Part shown: positions 22,868 through 32,342 of the stretch, in pieces
How the letters are laid out: every line of letters starts with the position of its first letter
Numbering within the stretch: the first letter of the stretch is position 1
Assembly: GCA_003152315.1 (NCBI GenBank)
Contig: PLZV01000022.1
Coordinates: 65,671 to 129,670 of the forward strand
DNA from: Verrucomicrobiota bacterium
Lineage (GTDB): Bacteria; Verrucomicrobiota; Verrucomicrobiia; Palsa-1439
DNA: 64,000 nucleotides
Direction of reading: 5' to 3'
The notes under the pieces: generated by a model
Databases searched by the model: none
Seen by the model: only the letters and a program-made list of their open reading frames with translations
What the model was told of the DNA's origin: nothing
Program-made: the position numbers and the translations under genes

Positions 22868-23878
22868 CTATTTGTCTTCGGTGGCAGTCGCGGGGAACAA
22901 CACCCGCCGGATAGTTCCCAGCGTGAAACGCGTCAGCCGAGTTCGCGGATCGCGACATGCCGCAGCGCCGAGCCAGAGCACGCGCAGCAGACGCGATCGC
23001 TGGCGATCTTCACGGGTCGTGTTCACGAAGTCCCTCCAATCCAAGCGGCGGATCTGCTGACAACAAGCCGTGCGGGTCAACGATTGGGACGAGGTTTCGC
23101 TGAGTTTGTGCAGAATGCGATAGCGTTCCTGCATGAAACGCTCCCAATTGGAAACCGTTTTGGATTCCGGGTGTAGACGAAAGTGCACCAGCACGTCCGG
23201 GAGACGGTTCACGCGGTTAAACCTGCCCAAATAACGGATCGTGAGGTCCCAATCGAATGAATAGTGGTACGAGTCGTCGATTCCACCGCAGGCAATCACG
23301 CCCTGGCGCCGGAGCCACAGTCCAGGCTGATGCCATCTTGTGGAAGATTCGGCAAAGATAAGCTTCACAGCGTCCAATTCACCCGGTACCAGGGTTTCCC
23401 GAATACCTGTCTCATCGAAATTGATAACAACACCGGCGACGGCGTCCGCGTCTTCAAGGGCTTCGGCGACTTTTCCCAGTGAGCCGGCGAGCAGATAGTC
23501 GTCGGAGTTGATCCATTGGAAGATCTCGCCGGTGCAACGCGCGAGGCCTTTGTTGATCGCTTGTGGTTGCCCCTGGTCGGGCTCGCTCACCCAATGCGTC
23601 AGCCAGGGCTCGTATTTCTTGATGATCGCGACACTTTCGTCGGTGGAACCACCGTCGACGATGATGTATTCGAGGTTCGGATAACCCTGCAATAGAATCG
23701 AGCGGATCGTCTCTTCGAGGTAGGCTCCTTGATTGAAAGAGGGAGTCACGATCGAGATTGACGGCCACGGCCGGCCCGCCTGCGCCGTCGCGGGCAGAGA
23801 CGGTGTCCCCTCCGTCCACGGCCAACCGACGCGGCCAGGCGGCGGCGGCGGCAGCTCAGCTAATCTTGGGCAGTTCAT
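22868..23878 (-). CDS. Family 2 glycosyltransferase
   Basis: PPPPPGRVGWPW leader, ISIVTPSFNQG, VDGGSTD, AINKG and WINSDD. Confidence 0.9.
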   Translation of the reverse strand: MNCPRLAELPPPPPGRVGWPWTEGTPSLPATAQAGRPWPSISIVTPSFNQGAYLEETIRSILLQGYPNLEYIIVDGGSTDESVAIIKKYEPWLTHWVSEPDQGQPQAINKGLARCTGEIFQWINSDDYLLAGSLGKVAEALEDADAVAGVVINFDETGIRETLVPGELDAVKLIFAESSTRWHQPGLWLRRQGVIACGGIDDSYHYSFDWDLTIRYLGRFNRVNRLPDVLVHFRLHPESKTVSNWERFMQERYRILHKLSETSSQSLTRTACCQQIRRLDWRDFVNTTREDRQRSRLLRVLWLGAAACRDPRTRLTRFTLGTIRRVLFPATATEDK

Positions 23879-23955
23879 GAGATAGTTCGGATGGATAGTG
23901 TGCGTGGTACCAAGCCTGCCTGACCAGCCGTGCCCCACCAGTCACCTGCGGCCGT

Positions 23956-24882
23956 TCACCTGAATGCGGACAATGCCTTGGAGATTCTCTCGCGAAGTCC
24001 GTATGGGCTTGATCCCTCGGCTACCAACACGCGCTCGTTAAACGCCAGATCCGCGGCGGCGTCCGGCGTTACGACGGAGGGATGCACGAGCGGAAACTTC
24101 ATCGGCTCCGTCTGTGCCACGCGCCACGGGCAATTGGCCGAAAAGATGTGCGTCGCATCCTGGTCGAACCCGATATTCCGGCACAATTCGACATTCGGAA
24201 TCACCGACAGCCCGTTTTCCACCCAGCAAGTAAACGTCCATTGATAGTCCGAATAGGATGCCCGTGTGCCCGCCGTGTGCGCCTCGTCAAATATCCGACG
24301 CCACACCGCCGCGCCGCGCGACTCGCCCACGATGTAATTCAACCACGGCGTGTCCCGCAGCGCCGGCCAGCGCTTCAACTCGATGTCATAACACCGCCAG
24401 GCGCGCGCCCATGTAGCCCAACCACCGAGGCAGATGTTGTGACGCGAAAAGAAGTAGCTCGTGTTCACAAACCGTTGATTGTCTTGAAAGTGGTTTCCCG
24501 CCACATGCATAATGCGCTCATCCTCGCGGTAGCGCTCAAGTACCTCTTCGCAGAAAGGGAAGAACGACGGATCGGGCACGCAATCATCCTCGAGCACGAT
24601 CGCACGATCGACATTCTCGAAGACCCACGTCAATCCGCTGGCCGGGCACATTCCACAACCCAGGTTGCTGCCCGAGTACTTGCGTTGAACTTCGCATTCC
24701 CAGTCCACCTGCGCGACCACCGCGCGAGCGGCGGCGCATTTTTCGACATCCGTCGCGACATGGGGGCGCGGACCGTCGGCGATTAAGAACAGTTTCTTCG
24801 GTTTTGCCCGGGCAATTTCAGCAAAGACGCGGGCCGTTGTGTCGGGACGGTTGAAGAGAATGAGTGCAATGGGAGTGTTCAC
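23956..24882 (-). CDS. GT-A fold glycosyltransferase ('HlpA-like' family), paralogue 1
   Basis: PIALILFNRPD, ADGPR, NLGCG, LEDDC and GWATW. GTG start overlaps the wzt stop. Confidence 0.8.
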   Translation of the reverse strand: MNTPIALILFNRPDTTARVFAEIARAKPKKLFLIADGPRPHVATDVEKCAAARAVVAQVDWECEVQRKYSGSNLGCGMCPASGLTWVFENVDRAIVLEDDCVPDPSFFPFCEEVLERYREDERIMHVAGNHFQDNQRFVNTSYFFSRHNICLGGWATWARAWRCYDIELKRWPALRDTPWLNYIVGESRGAAVWRRIFDEAHTAGTRASYSDYQWTFTCWVENGLSVIPNVELCRNIGFDQDATHIFSANCPWRVAQTEPMKFPLVHPSVVTPDAAADLAFNERVLVAEGSSPYGLRERISKALSAFR

Positions 24883-26153
24883 AGTAATTGTCCGGAATAC
24901 TTCTGGTGCCGCCACGAGTGATGAACCAGCACGGTTGCGCCACGCCAGTCCGGCGGGTAGTTGCGGCCCGTGCCGTAGAAATCACCGTCAATCACCGACA
25001 TCTCCGCGGCCCGATCCACCCAGTCCTGAACGTCCGGGCCCGATTGGATGAAGGTGGTCAGATCGTAATTGCCGGCGGTAAGTGGCAACTCCGGGACAAC
25101 GAGATCGATAGTCCCTTCGCCTTCGAGATCGATTTGCGTCTTGTCGACAAGGTCCGTAGATAAGAGGAAGTAGAGTGCCTCGGCTTTGTGGACCGTTATG
25201 CAGACCCGGCAATTCCGGATGACCTTTCCGGGTTCAGTTCGATAATGCAGCCGGAATATGACCTGCTGGCCTGAGACCGGATGGCCCAGCGCGTTGTCCG
25301 TGGCGTCCCGCAACTCGACTGCCACGGCGCGGACATCGCCGCGTCCCTGGCGGTCAGTGCGGTGGGCGAGGGGAGTGCTGCTCATCTGCGAGAGTTCCGC
25401 GAGATAGCTGCTGATGACGTCGCTCGGAGCGCCATCCCGGGCTATACGACCATCCTTCAGCCAGATCACGCGCTGGCAGAGGTTATGGATCATCGCCATG
25501 TTATGGCTCACGAACAATACCGTGCGACCTTCCTTGTTGGCGACTTCGCCCATTTGGCCAAGGCACTTTTTTTGAAATGCCGCATCACCGACGGCGAGGA
25601 CCTCGTCCACCAGGAGGATTTCCGTTTCAAGGTGCGCCGCGACGGCGAAGGCCAGGCGGACGTACATGCCACTGGAGTACCGCTTCACGGGTGTATCGAC
25701 GAACTTTTCTATCTCCGCGAAATCAATGATCTGCTCAAGCTTGCGGTCAATCTCTCCCTTCGACATGCCGAGGATCGCGCCGCTCAAATAGATGTTCTCG
25801 CGGCCCGTCAACTCCGAATGAAAGCCGGTACCAACTTCCAGCAGCGAGCCGACACGCCCATAAATCCTGGCCAGGCCGTCCGTGGGATCGGTGATCCGCG
25901 AAAGCAGCTTTAGCAGCGTGCTCTTCCCGGCGCCATTGCGTCCGACGAATCCCACAATCTCACCGCGCGGCACATCGAAGGAAACGTCCCGCAACGCCCA
26001 GAATTTATTGCTCGCGGCCGGGCGGTTTTTCCATCGGGTCAGTGACCGCAGGCCACTGCTTAAGCGGTCGCGCAACGTATTGTACCGCTCCTGCCTGGCG
26101 CCGATGTCGTACACCTTGGAAAGATGTTCGGCGCAAATGGCTATCGAGTTCAT
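24879..26153 (-). CDS. wzt: Polysaccharide ABC exporter ATPase with C-terminal carbohydrate-binding (Wzt_C) domain
   Basis: GRNGAGKST, LLEVGTGFH, YSSGM and DEVLAVGD, plus a ~170 aa C-terminal extension. Confidence 0.93.
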   Translation of the reverse strand: MNSIAICAEHLSKVYDIGARQERYNTLRDRLSSGLRSLTRWKNRPAASNKFWALRDVSFDVPRGEIVGFVGRNGAGKSTLLKLLSRITDPTDGLARIYGRVGSLLEVGTGFHSELTGRENIYLSGAILGMSKGEIDRKLEQIIDFAEIEKFVDTPVKRYSSGMYVRLAFAVAAHLETEILLVDEVLAVGDAAFQKKCLGQMGEVANKEGRTVLFVSHNMAMIHNLCQRVIWLKDGRIARDGAPSDVISSYLAELSQMSSTPLAHRTDRQGRGDVRAVAVELRDATDNALGHPVSGQQVIFRLHYRTEPGKVIRNCRVCITVHKAEALYFLLSTDLVDKTQIDLEGEGTIDLVVPELPLTAGNYDLTTFIQSGPDVQDWVDRAAEMSVIDGDFYGTGRNYPPDWRGATVLVHHSWRHQKYSGQLL

Positions 26154-27017
26154 TTAGATGATGTCTGCAAAGAACCGCTCGGTACGCTTGAAATAGACAA
26201 GGCCACCCAGCAAGAGGACGGACGCGACGACCACGCCCATGGCCATCACGGCGAAATCAGGCCGGGCATTGCCCAGCAGCGCCCAACGGAAACCTTCGAT
26301 GACCCCGACCATTGGATTCAGGCCGTACAGCAGCCGCCATTTTGCGGGGACGAGGTGCAGCGAATAGACGACGGGTGAAGCGTACATCCAAAACTGGATG
26401 AGGAAAGGAATCGCCTGTCCGACGTCGCGATATTTTACGTTGAGCGCTGAGAGATACAGGCTCACAGCCACCGCCGTCACCACCGCCAGAAGCGTGAAAA
26501 ACGGCAGCGCGAGCACACCCCACGTCGGCGCCACTCTATACCACGCCATCATGCCCAGCAGGATGACGAACGAGACCGCGAAATCGACCAAGGGGCCGAG
26601 CGCGCCCGAGATCGGTATGATCAATCGCGGGAAATAGACCTTGCTGATCAAGTTGGAGTTGCTGACGAGGCTGATGCCGCTGCGGGCGATGGCTTGGGAA
26701 AAGTAATTCCACGGCAACAACGCCGTGAAGGCAAAAATCGGGTAGGGCGACCCGTCCGAGGGCAGTTTCGCAAACAGGCCGAAGATCACAGTGAAAACAA
26801 CCATGGTGAGCAAGGGTTGCAAGACGACCCACGTGATGCCGATGGCGGCCTGTTTGTAGCGTACCAGTACGTCGCGCCAGACGAGAAAATAGAGCAACCC
26901 GCGATAGCGATAGACCGCCTCCAAGTCGAAGCTCAACCAGCCCGTGCGGGGCCGAATCAACACAACTGGCTGATTGTCTGTTAGCGACGGAATGGCGGCT
27001 GTGTGCACCAAGCTCAT
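26154..27017 (-). CDS. wzm: Polysaccharide ABC exporter permease
   Basis: RDVLVRYKQ..G..W..LQP, LISKVYFPR, KYRDV, ASPVVY and LNPMVGVIEGFR. Confidence 0.93.
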   Translation of the reverse strand: MSLVHTAAIPSLTDNQPVVLIRPRTGWLSFDLEAVYRYRGLLYFLVWRDVLVRYKQAAIGITWVVLQPLLTMVVFTVIFGLFAKLPSDGSPYPIFAFTALLPWNYFSQAIARSGISLVSNSNLISKVYFPRLIIPISGALGPLVDFAVSFVILLGMMAWYRVAPTWGVLALPFFTLLAVVTAVAVSLYLSALNVKYRDVGQAIPFLIQFWMYASPVVYSLHLVPAKWRLLYGLNPMVGVIEGFRWALLGNARPDFAVMAMGVVVASVLLLGGLVYFKRTERFFADII

Positions 27018-27898
27018 TTTCCGGTGACGATCAGTTTCTGGCCTTCTTTGGGGTCCGCCTTGAGCAAGTACGGCTCCCAAAAGGCGCGGTCGTACCGTGC
27101 CCAAGCGTGGCAACCGAATGGGAGTTGATGGTGATTGCGCTCCAGGCAAACGCGCGGCGAAACTTCGAAGGCAAAACGCAAGCCGGTTGCCACATCCGCG
27201 ATCTTGAACTCCGGATAGTAGTGCACCGCCTCGTCCGACCAGAAGATGTCGGCCTCGGTGCGGCGCCGAAGCCAGCGAAACATGTGAAACTGTGACGAGT
27301 TAAAGACGGGCAACCGCTTCAAGAATCTCTTGGGCAGGTTCAAGTATTGGATGTACTTCGGCTTCGACCCGTAGTACTCCTGCCAATATTGATCGGGATC
27401 GACGGTGGGTTTCGGGGAGTACAGTACCTTGAGGAAGCTCTGGACCTTCATCAGCGCAAAACCATTGTTGCCGACACGCTCCCTCTTAACCCAGGGCGAG
27501 TCAGGACAATGGATCCACGGCGGGCCGACGTAGTCGAGACCCGACTGGCACCATTGCTCGAGCTGATCGGACAAGACCAGGCTGTCGAGGTGATACATGA
27601 GGATGTACTTGTAATCAGCGAATGTCTCATAGAACAAGGGCGCTGTCACCAGCCGCGCATGCGCTGCGGCGCTGCCAAAGAATTTCCTCGCAAACGACTT
27701 TACTTGAAAGCCGGGGTGATCGAAAGTTACCGCACTCGGCGAGACCAGATACTTGTCGTAGCACGACAAGTAATGGATGGCGTGCCGTAGAGAGATTTGC
27801 TCATCGGGCGTCAGTGTCAACCGTTTCGAAAGAGGCACCACGACTGCCACGAGCTTGGTCGGCTCCTTCAGAACGGGGGTGTTAACGTGTAGGATCAT
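27014..27898 (-). CDS. DUF5672-like putative glycosyltransferase
   Basis: YKYILMYHLDSLV, DYVGPPW, VGNNGF, FAFE and PFGCHAW. Confidence 0.7.
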   Translation of the reverse strand: MILHVNTPVLKEPTKLVAVVVPLSKRLTLTPDEQISLRHAIHYLSCYDKYLVSPSAVTFDHPGFQVKSFARKFFGSAAAHARLVTAPLFYETFADYKYILMYHLDSLVLSDQLEQWCQSGLDYVGPPWIHCPDSPWVKRERVGNNGFALMKVQSFLKVLYSPKPTVDPDQYWQEYYGSKPKYIQYLNLPKRFLKRLPVFNSSQFHMFRWLRRRTEADIFWSDEAVHYYPEFKIADVATGLRFAFEVSPRVCLERNHHQLPFGCHAWARYDRAFWEPYLLKADPKEGQKLIVTGK

Positions 27899-28644
27899 CG
27901 TCCGGCTCCCTGGAAATGGATCTGTTCGACTTCGCTCAATTCACTCCGCATTCTCACCACGCGTGCCGGCGACCCAACCACGACCGCGCCGTCCGGCACG
28001 TTATGCGTTACAACCGCACCCGCGCCAACCACGGCTCCTTTGCCGATGCGGACGCCCGACAGCACGATGACACCAAAGCCAAGCCACGCGTCGTCTTCGA
28101 TAATGATCGGACCCTTCGATTGCAGCGGCTGGTTGCGAATCAACGCTCCCGGCGCGATCCCGTGGTCGTACGAATAGAGTGCGCATTGGGGTGCGATCTG
28201 AACGCCGTTGCCGATCCGAATCGGCGCCACCGCCGCCGTGAAGTGGCAGCGTGGTTGAATTGCGGTGTCCGCGCCGACATGCAGGCTACCACCGGCGAAG
28301 GTTTCCACGATGATCTCCTGGAACAACATCACGCGGTCAGCCAACTCAACAGCGCCGCCACCTTCGTGTTGATAGATGATCACGCGGTCACCGATGAAGA
28401 CATTATTCCCTAATGTCAGGTTCGTGTGCGAGATCTGCGCGCTGGCGGAGACGTAGCCTTTGAGCTGAATCCGCGCCAATTCGAGGCCGCCCGTGTATGG
28501 CGGATACCCACATCCAGCGAGGCGCGTGGCAATCCGGCCGAAAAACCCACGGCCGGACCGTGCGAGCCAGAAGTTCACCCACATCCACGCAAGTCGCTTC
28601 CAGGCGCGAGCACCGAGGCCATCCGTATGCTTGGATACAGTCAT
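27895..28644 (-). CDS. Hexapeptide-repeat (LbH) acyltransferase
   Basis: IIIEDDAWLG..VIVLSGVRIGKGAVVGAGAVVT..VP..AVVVGSPAR. Confidence 0.88.
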   Translation of the reverse strand: MTVSKHTDGLGARAWKRLAWMWVNFWLARSGRGFFGRIATRLAGCGYPPYTGGLELARIQLKGYVSASAQISHTNLTLGNNVFIGDRVIIYQHEGGGAVELADRVMLFQEIIVETFAGGSLHVGADTAIQPRCHFTAAVAPIRIGNGVQIAPQCALYSYDHGIAPGALIRNQPLQSKGPIIIEDDAWLGFGVIVLSGVRIGKGAVVGAGAVVTHNVPDGAVVVGSPARVVRMRSELSEVEQIHFQGAGR

Positions 28645-29621
28645 GGACGTGTCCGAAGGTTTCGCAGAAACATCCGTGTGGGCTTTGGGACAGCAGCGGT
28701 ATAGGCCGTGCGCGCCTTGTTGAACGCCCGCCGCAACGTGCTTTGCGTCCGTGGCATATCCATCAGCACGACTTCCTGAACGAAGAAATCATCGGCTTGT
28801 TTGTCGCGCAACATGCCTGATGGATGCTGCAAAGGGAAGGGCATTTCTGCAAGCGGAAGATTCGCCCATTTGCTTCCCGTCCAGGTGGTGTGCGTCGCAT
28901 CCTCGCCAAAGCCAATATTCGAAACCAAGTTGACGTTGGGCATGATGCAGAGGCCGTTGTGCACCCACGTTGCGAAGAGCCACTGGTAGTCCCAGTAATT
29001 GATCATACCACTCGCACGGTAGGCGTCTTCGAATTTCGTGGCCCAGTGTTGCGCCACCCGCGCATCGCCGACGAGATCCACCAACCACGACGTGTCGCGC
29101 AAGGCGGGCCATCGTTTCACGCCCATATCCATGTGCCGCCACGCACGACGCCAGGTGGCCCAGCCCCAGCAGATCTTGAATTGCGACAGGAAATAACTGG
29201 CGTCGCCGCGTTTGTGGCCGCGCTGGAAGTTGCTGCCGGCAATCTGCATGATTCGTTCATCATCACGATACAATTCGAGCAACTCGTCGCAGTAACGAAA
29301 GAAAGACGGGTGGGGCAGGCAGTCATCTTCCAGAATGATTGCGCGATCCGTTTGCTCAAATACCCAGTCGACCCCCGATGTGGGACCGCGACCGCACCCG
29401 AGGTTTATGTTCGAGTATTTTTTCACGACTTCGCACGGCCAGTCGATGCGCTCGATGACGGCGCGGGTGGCGGCGCATTTCTCGGCCTCGCCTGGTCGGT
29501 CGGGGCGGGGACCATCCGCAATAACGAACACTTTGGGAGGCTTGGCTTGGGCAACGGTCTCCGCCACCTTCGCGATCAGATCCGGTCGATTGAAGATAAT
29601 CAATGCCACTGGAGATTGCAC
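28641..29621 (-). CDS. GT-A fold glycosyltransferase ('HlpA-like' family), paralogue 2
   Basis: PVALIIFNRPD, ADGPR, NLGCG, LEDDC, WGWATW and WDYQW. GTG start with GGGAGG RBS. Confidence 0.8.
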   Translation of the reverse strand: MQSPVALIIFNRPDLIAKVAETVAQAKPPKVFVIADGPRPDRPGEAEKCAATRAVIERIDWPCEVVKKYSNINLGCGRGPTSGVDWVFEQTDRAIILEDDCLPHPSFFRYCDELLELYRDDERIMQIAGSNFQRGHKRGDASYFLSQFKICWGWATWRRAWRHMDMGVKRWPALRDTSWLVDLVGDARVAQHWATKFEDAYRASGMINYWDYQWLFATWVHNGLCIMPNVNLVSNIGFGEDATHTTWTGSKWANLPLAEMPFPLQHPSGMLRDKQADDFFVQEVVLMDMPRTQSTLRRAFNKARTAYTAAVPKPTRMFLRNLRTRP

Positions 29622-29640
29622 GAAACGCCCTCCCAGTCTC

Positions 29641-30534
29641 TTACTGCTGCCGCTGCAGCATACATTGCCGCCATGAACGCGCCCCAAGATCGATCAATTT
29701 CATTTCGACCAGCGATCCGCCGCCGAAATGTAGGAAGTAGCTGTTGGTCATGGTCGCGTTCAGGCAGGACCGCCGAACGTCGGAATATCGCAGACCGCCC
29801 AGATGGCGTGCGAGTTTTCGACCGATCCGCGCCACATAGGGCAGTTGTGGCTCTTCATTGATAAGAAACGGATAATGCAGGCAGATCTGGTCGAAGAGTG
29901 TGACATTGAAGCGCGGGTCGATCCAGCTTACGGCCTTGGCTCGAAGTAGTTCATAGGAGAGCGGGCGCATCTCGTAATTCCATTCCGCACCGCCCTTTTC
30001 CTCATGGTCGCGGTACGTTGTTTCAAACAATTCCCGATGATATCGTGGTGAGAACACGAGAACACCACATTGTACGACGTCGTCGAACTCCACAGCCAAA
30101 CCATAGTTTGCATAATATTGTTTAGCCGTGGCGTTTGGAATGGCCCTGTCACCCCAGTACTCCTGCAGGCGCTCGAGAATCTGCGCGTATTCCCCAACCG
30201 AAGGAGCGGCCCATTGATTGACCGCGCCGACCTTGTCGACAGGCACCATGGCGCAGATGCACGGGGCCGCGGCAATGTTGATCAGGATGTCAGAATCGAT
30301 CCACACGACTTGATTGTAGTTCTTCACGAATTCCTGACCGGGAATCAAGCATTTTTGCCAGGAAGGTGATCGTCGGGAAGCGCGTACGGAATTATCCAGA
30401 GGCTGATCGATGCAGATCAGGTCATACCCGTGCCGGTTGGCGTATTCGTTCCAATTCGCCTCGCACGACTCTTTCCAGGCATGGAGATAACGGTCCCCGA
30501 CGGCCATCGTCACAATTGCTTTCGAATGTTTCAT
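29641..30534 (-). CDS. Putative GT-A glycosyltransferase, GT34-like (tandem copy C)
   Basis: YANRHGY, SPSWQKCL, WIDSD, CGVLV and FLHFGG. Confidence 0.65.
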   Translation of the reverse strand: MKHSKAIVTMAVGDRYLHAWKESCEANWNEYANRHGYDLICIDQPLDNSVRASRRSPSWQKCLIPGQEFVKNYNQVVWIDSDILINIAAAPCICAMVPVDKVGAVNQWAAPSVGEYAQILERLQEYWGDRAIPNATAKQYYANYGLAVEFDDVVQCGVLVFSPRYHRELFETTYRDHEEKGGAEWNYEMRPLSYELLRAKAVSWIDPRFNVTLFDQICLHYPFLINEEPQLPYVARIGRKLARHLGGLRYSDVRRSCLNATMTNSYFLHFGGGSLVEMKLIDLGARSWRQCMLQRQQ

Positions 30535-30564
30535 TCGGTGCCCGTCCCTTGCCGTCTCTGGCCG

Positions 30565-31452
30565 CTAAAACTGGAAATCGCGCCATGAGTTCACGCGTTG
30601 GTTGACGAGCCTCATTTCATCGGTTGCCAGACCGCCAAAATGCAGGAAGAAACTGTTCAGGTACGTTGCTGTCAAACACGCTTCCTTGATCGTGGTCAAG
30701 GACGGCAAATTCATGATTGCGCCCAGTTTGCGCTTTACCCTGGCGACGTAACTGTGGTCCATCGTGGGTCTGATCAGAAAAGGGTAATGCAAGAATAAGA
30801 CCGCCGGCCACATCACGTTGAATCGGGGGTCGATCCATTGCACGCAACCCGCCTTGAGCATCTCATAGGACAGTGGACGCATCTCCATTTGCCATTCGCG
30901 TCCTCCCTTTTCTTCGTACTCGAAATACGTGCGCTCAAGCACAGCCCGGTGATGGCGCGGTGAAAGCACCAGCACACCGGTGTTGGCAACTTCATCGAAA
31001 CCGGAAGGCAACCCGTAGGTCATGTAGTATTCTCGGGCGGTATAGTTCACGACCGCGTGGCCTTCGCAGAAATCGTAAATCCGGTCGTGCACGGTCTGTC
31101 GGTAATGGCGCCACTCGCGCGAATACGGGTATTCCTCGACGGCCCCGATCTTTTCCGGGAGAACGCCTGCAATAATGTCGAGAGCCGCCGCGGCGTTGAT
31201 CATGATGTCCGAATCGATCCAAACGATTCGCTCGTAGTCTTGCGCAAAGTCCTGTTCCAAGATAAGGCATTTCTGCCACGCCGGCGAGCGTTTGCGGGCG
31301 CGTTCCGAATTATCGAGCGGTTTGTCGAGGCAGATGACATCGAAGCCGTGCTGCGCTGCGTAGGCGCGCCAATTCGCTTCGCAAGTGCTCCTCCAGTGGT
31401 GGAGGTACCGGTCGCCAACGGCTAACGTAACAATTGCCTTGGTATGGTTCAC
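30565..31452 (-). CDS. Putative GT-A glycosyltransferase, GT34-like (tandem copy B)
   Basis: YAAQHGF, SPAWQKCL, WIDSD, NTGVLV and FLHFGG. GTG start overlaps the upstream stop. Confidence 0.65.
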   Translation of the reverse strand: MNHTKAIVTLAVGDRYLHHWRSTCEANWRAYAAQHGFDVICLDKPLDNSERARKRSPAWQKCLILEQDFAQDYERIVWIDSDIMINAAAALDIIAGVLPEKIGAVEEYPYSREWRHYRQTVHDRIYDFCEGHAVVNYTAREYYMTYGLPSGFDEVANTGVLVLSPRHHRAVLERTYFEYEEKGGREWQMEMRPLSYEMLKAGCVQWIDPRFNVMWPAVLFLHYPFLIRPTMDHSYVARVKRKLGAIMNLPSLTTIKEACLTATYLNSFFLHFGGLATDEMRLVNQRVNSWRDFQF

Positions 31453-32342
31453 AAGTGACCGGCCACCAACGTACACTGTTTCCATGAGGTGATGGACGGG
31501 TCCAACAGCCGCATATCTTCCTTCGTATCGCCGCCGAAGTGGAAAAAATAGCCGTTCAAGAATGTCGTGTTGATACACGCGCGCTTTACCTCTTCGAAGG
31601 AATCGCCCCCCATCCACTGCACCAACTTGCGCCGGATCCTTGCGGGATAGCCTGATACCAGCGGCTGTTGCAACAGGAACGGATAAAACAGGAATCGCAG
31701 TTCCCACCAATTCATATTGAACCGATGATCCAGCCAATGATCGCAACCCGCCTTCAGCAGTTCGTAGGAAAACGGTCGCATCTCCGCCAACCAGGCCGGT
31801 CCGCGATCTTCATAAGCGTGGTAATTGTGCTCCAGCAATTTCTGATGATGTCGCGGCGAGAGTACCATCACACCGTTGCCCGCCACGCGGTCGAACGCGC
31901 GATCGAACCCATAATTCTCGTAGTACTGCGGTGGATCATAATTCACCACCGCGCCGTCACCCCAAAACTCGTACATGCGGCGTAAACACTCGCGGTAAAG
32001 ATGTGGCACCGGTTGCTCCCAGTAATCGGGTACGCCGATCTTTTCCAGCGGCACACCCTCGGCAATGTCCGGTGCCGCCGCCACGTTGATCACGATGTCG
32101 CTGTCCATCCACACCACCCGCTCATACTGCGCCGCGAAATCCTGGCTCAAGATCAAACACTTCTGCCATGACGGTGACCGCTTCCGCGCACGTTCCGATG
32201 TGTCAAGCGCGCCCTCGAGGCAAATCACATCGTAGCCATGCTTGTCCGCGTATTGTTTCCAATTCGTTTCACAGCAATCCCTCCACAGCTTTGTGTAATA
32301 GTCGCCGACAACGAGCGTCGCGATGGCTTTTGTGGGCTTCAT
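31449..32342 (-). CDS. Putative GT-A glycosyltransferase, GT34-like (tandem copy A)
   Basis: YADKHGY, SPSWQKCL, WMDSD, NGVMV and FFHFGG. ATGA overlap with the SDR stop. Confidence 0.65.
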   Translation of the reverse strand: MKPTKAIATLVVGDYYTKLWRDCCETNWKQYADKHGYDVICLEGALDTSERARKRSPSWQKCLILSQDFAAQYERVVWMDSDIVINVAAAPDIAEGVPLEKIGVPDYWEQPVPHLYRECLRRMYEFWGDGAVVNYDPPQYYENYGFDRAFDRVAGNGVMVLSPRHHQKLLEHNYHAYEDRGPAWLAEMRPFSYELLKAGCDHWLDHRFNMNWWELRFLFYPFLLQQPLVSGYPARIRRKLVQWMGGDSFEEVKRACINTTFLNGYFFHFGGDTKEDMRLLDPSITSWKQCTLVAGHL

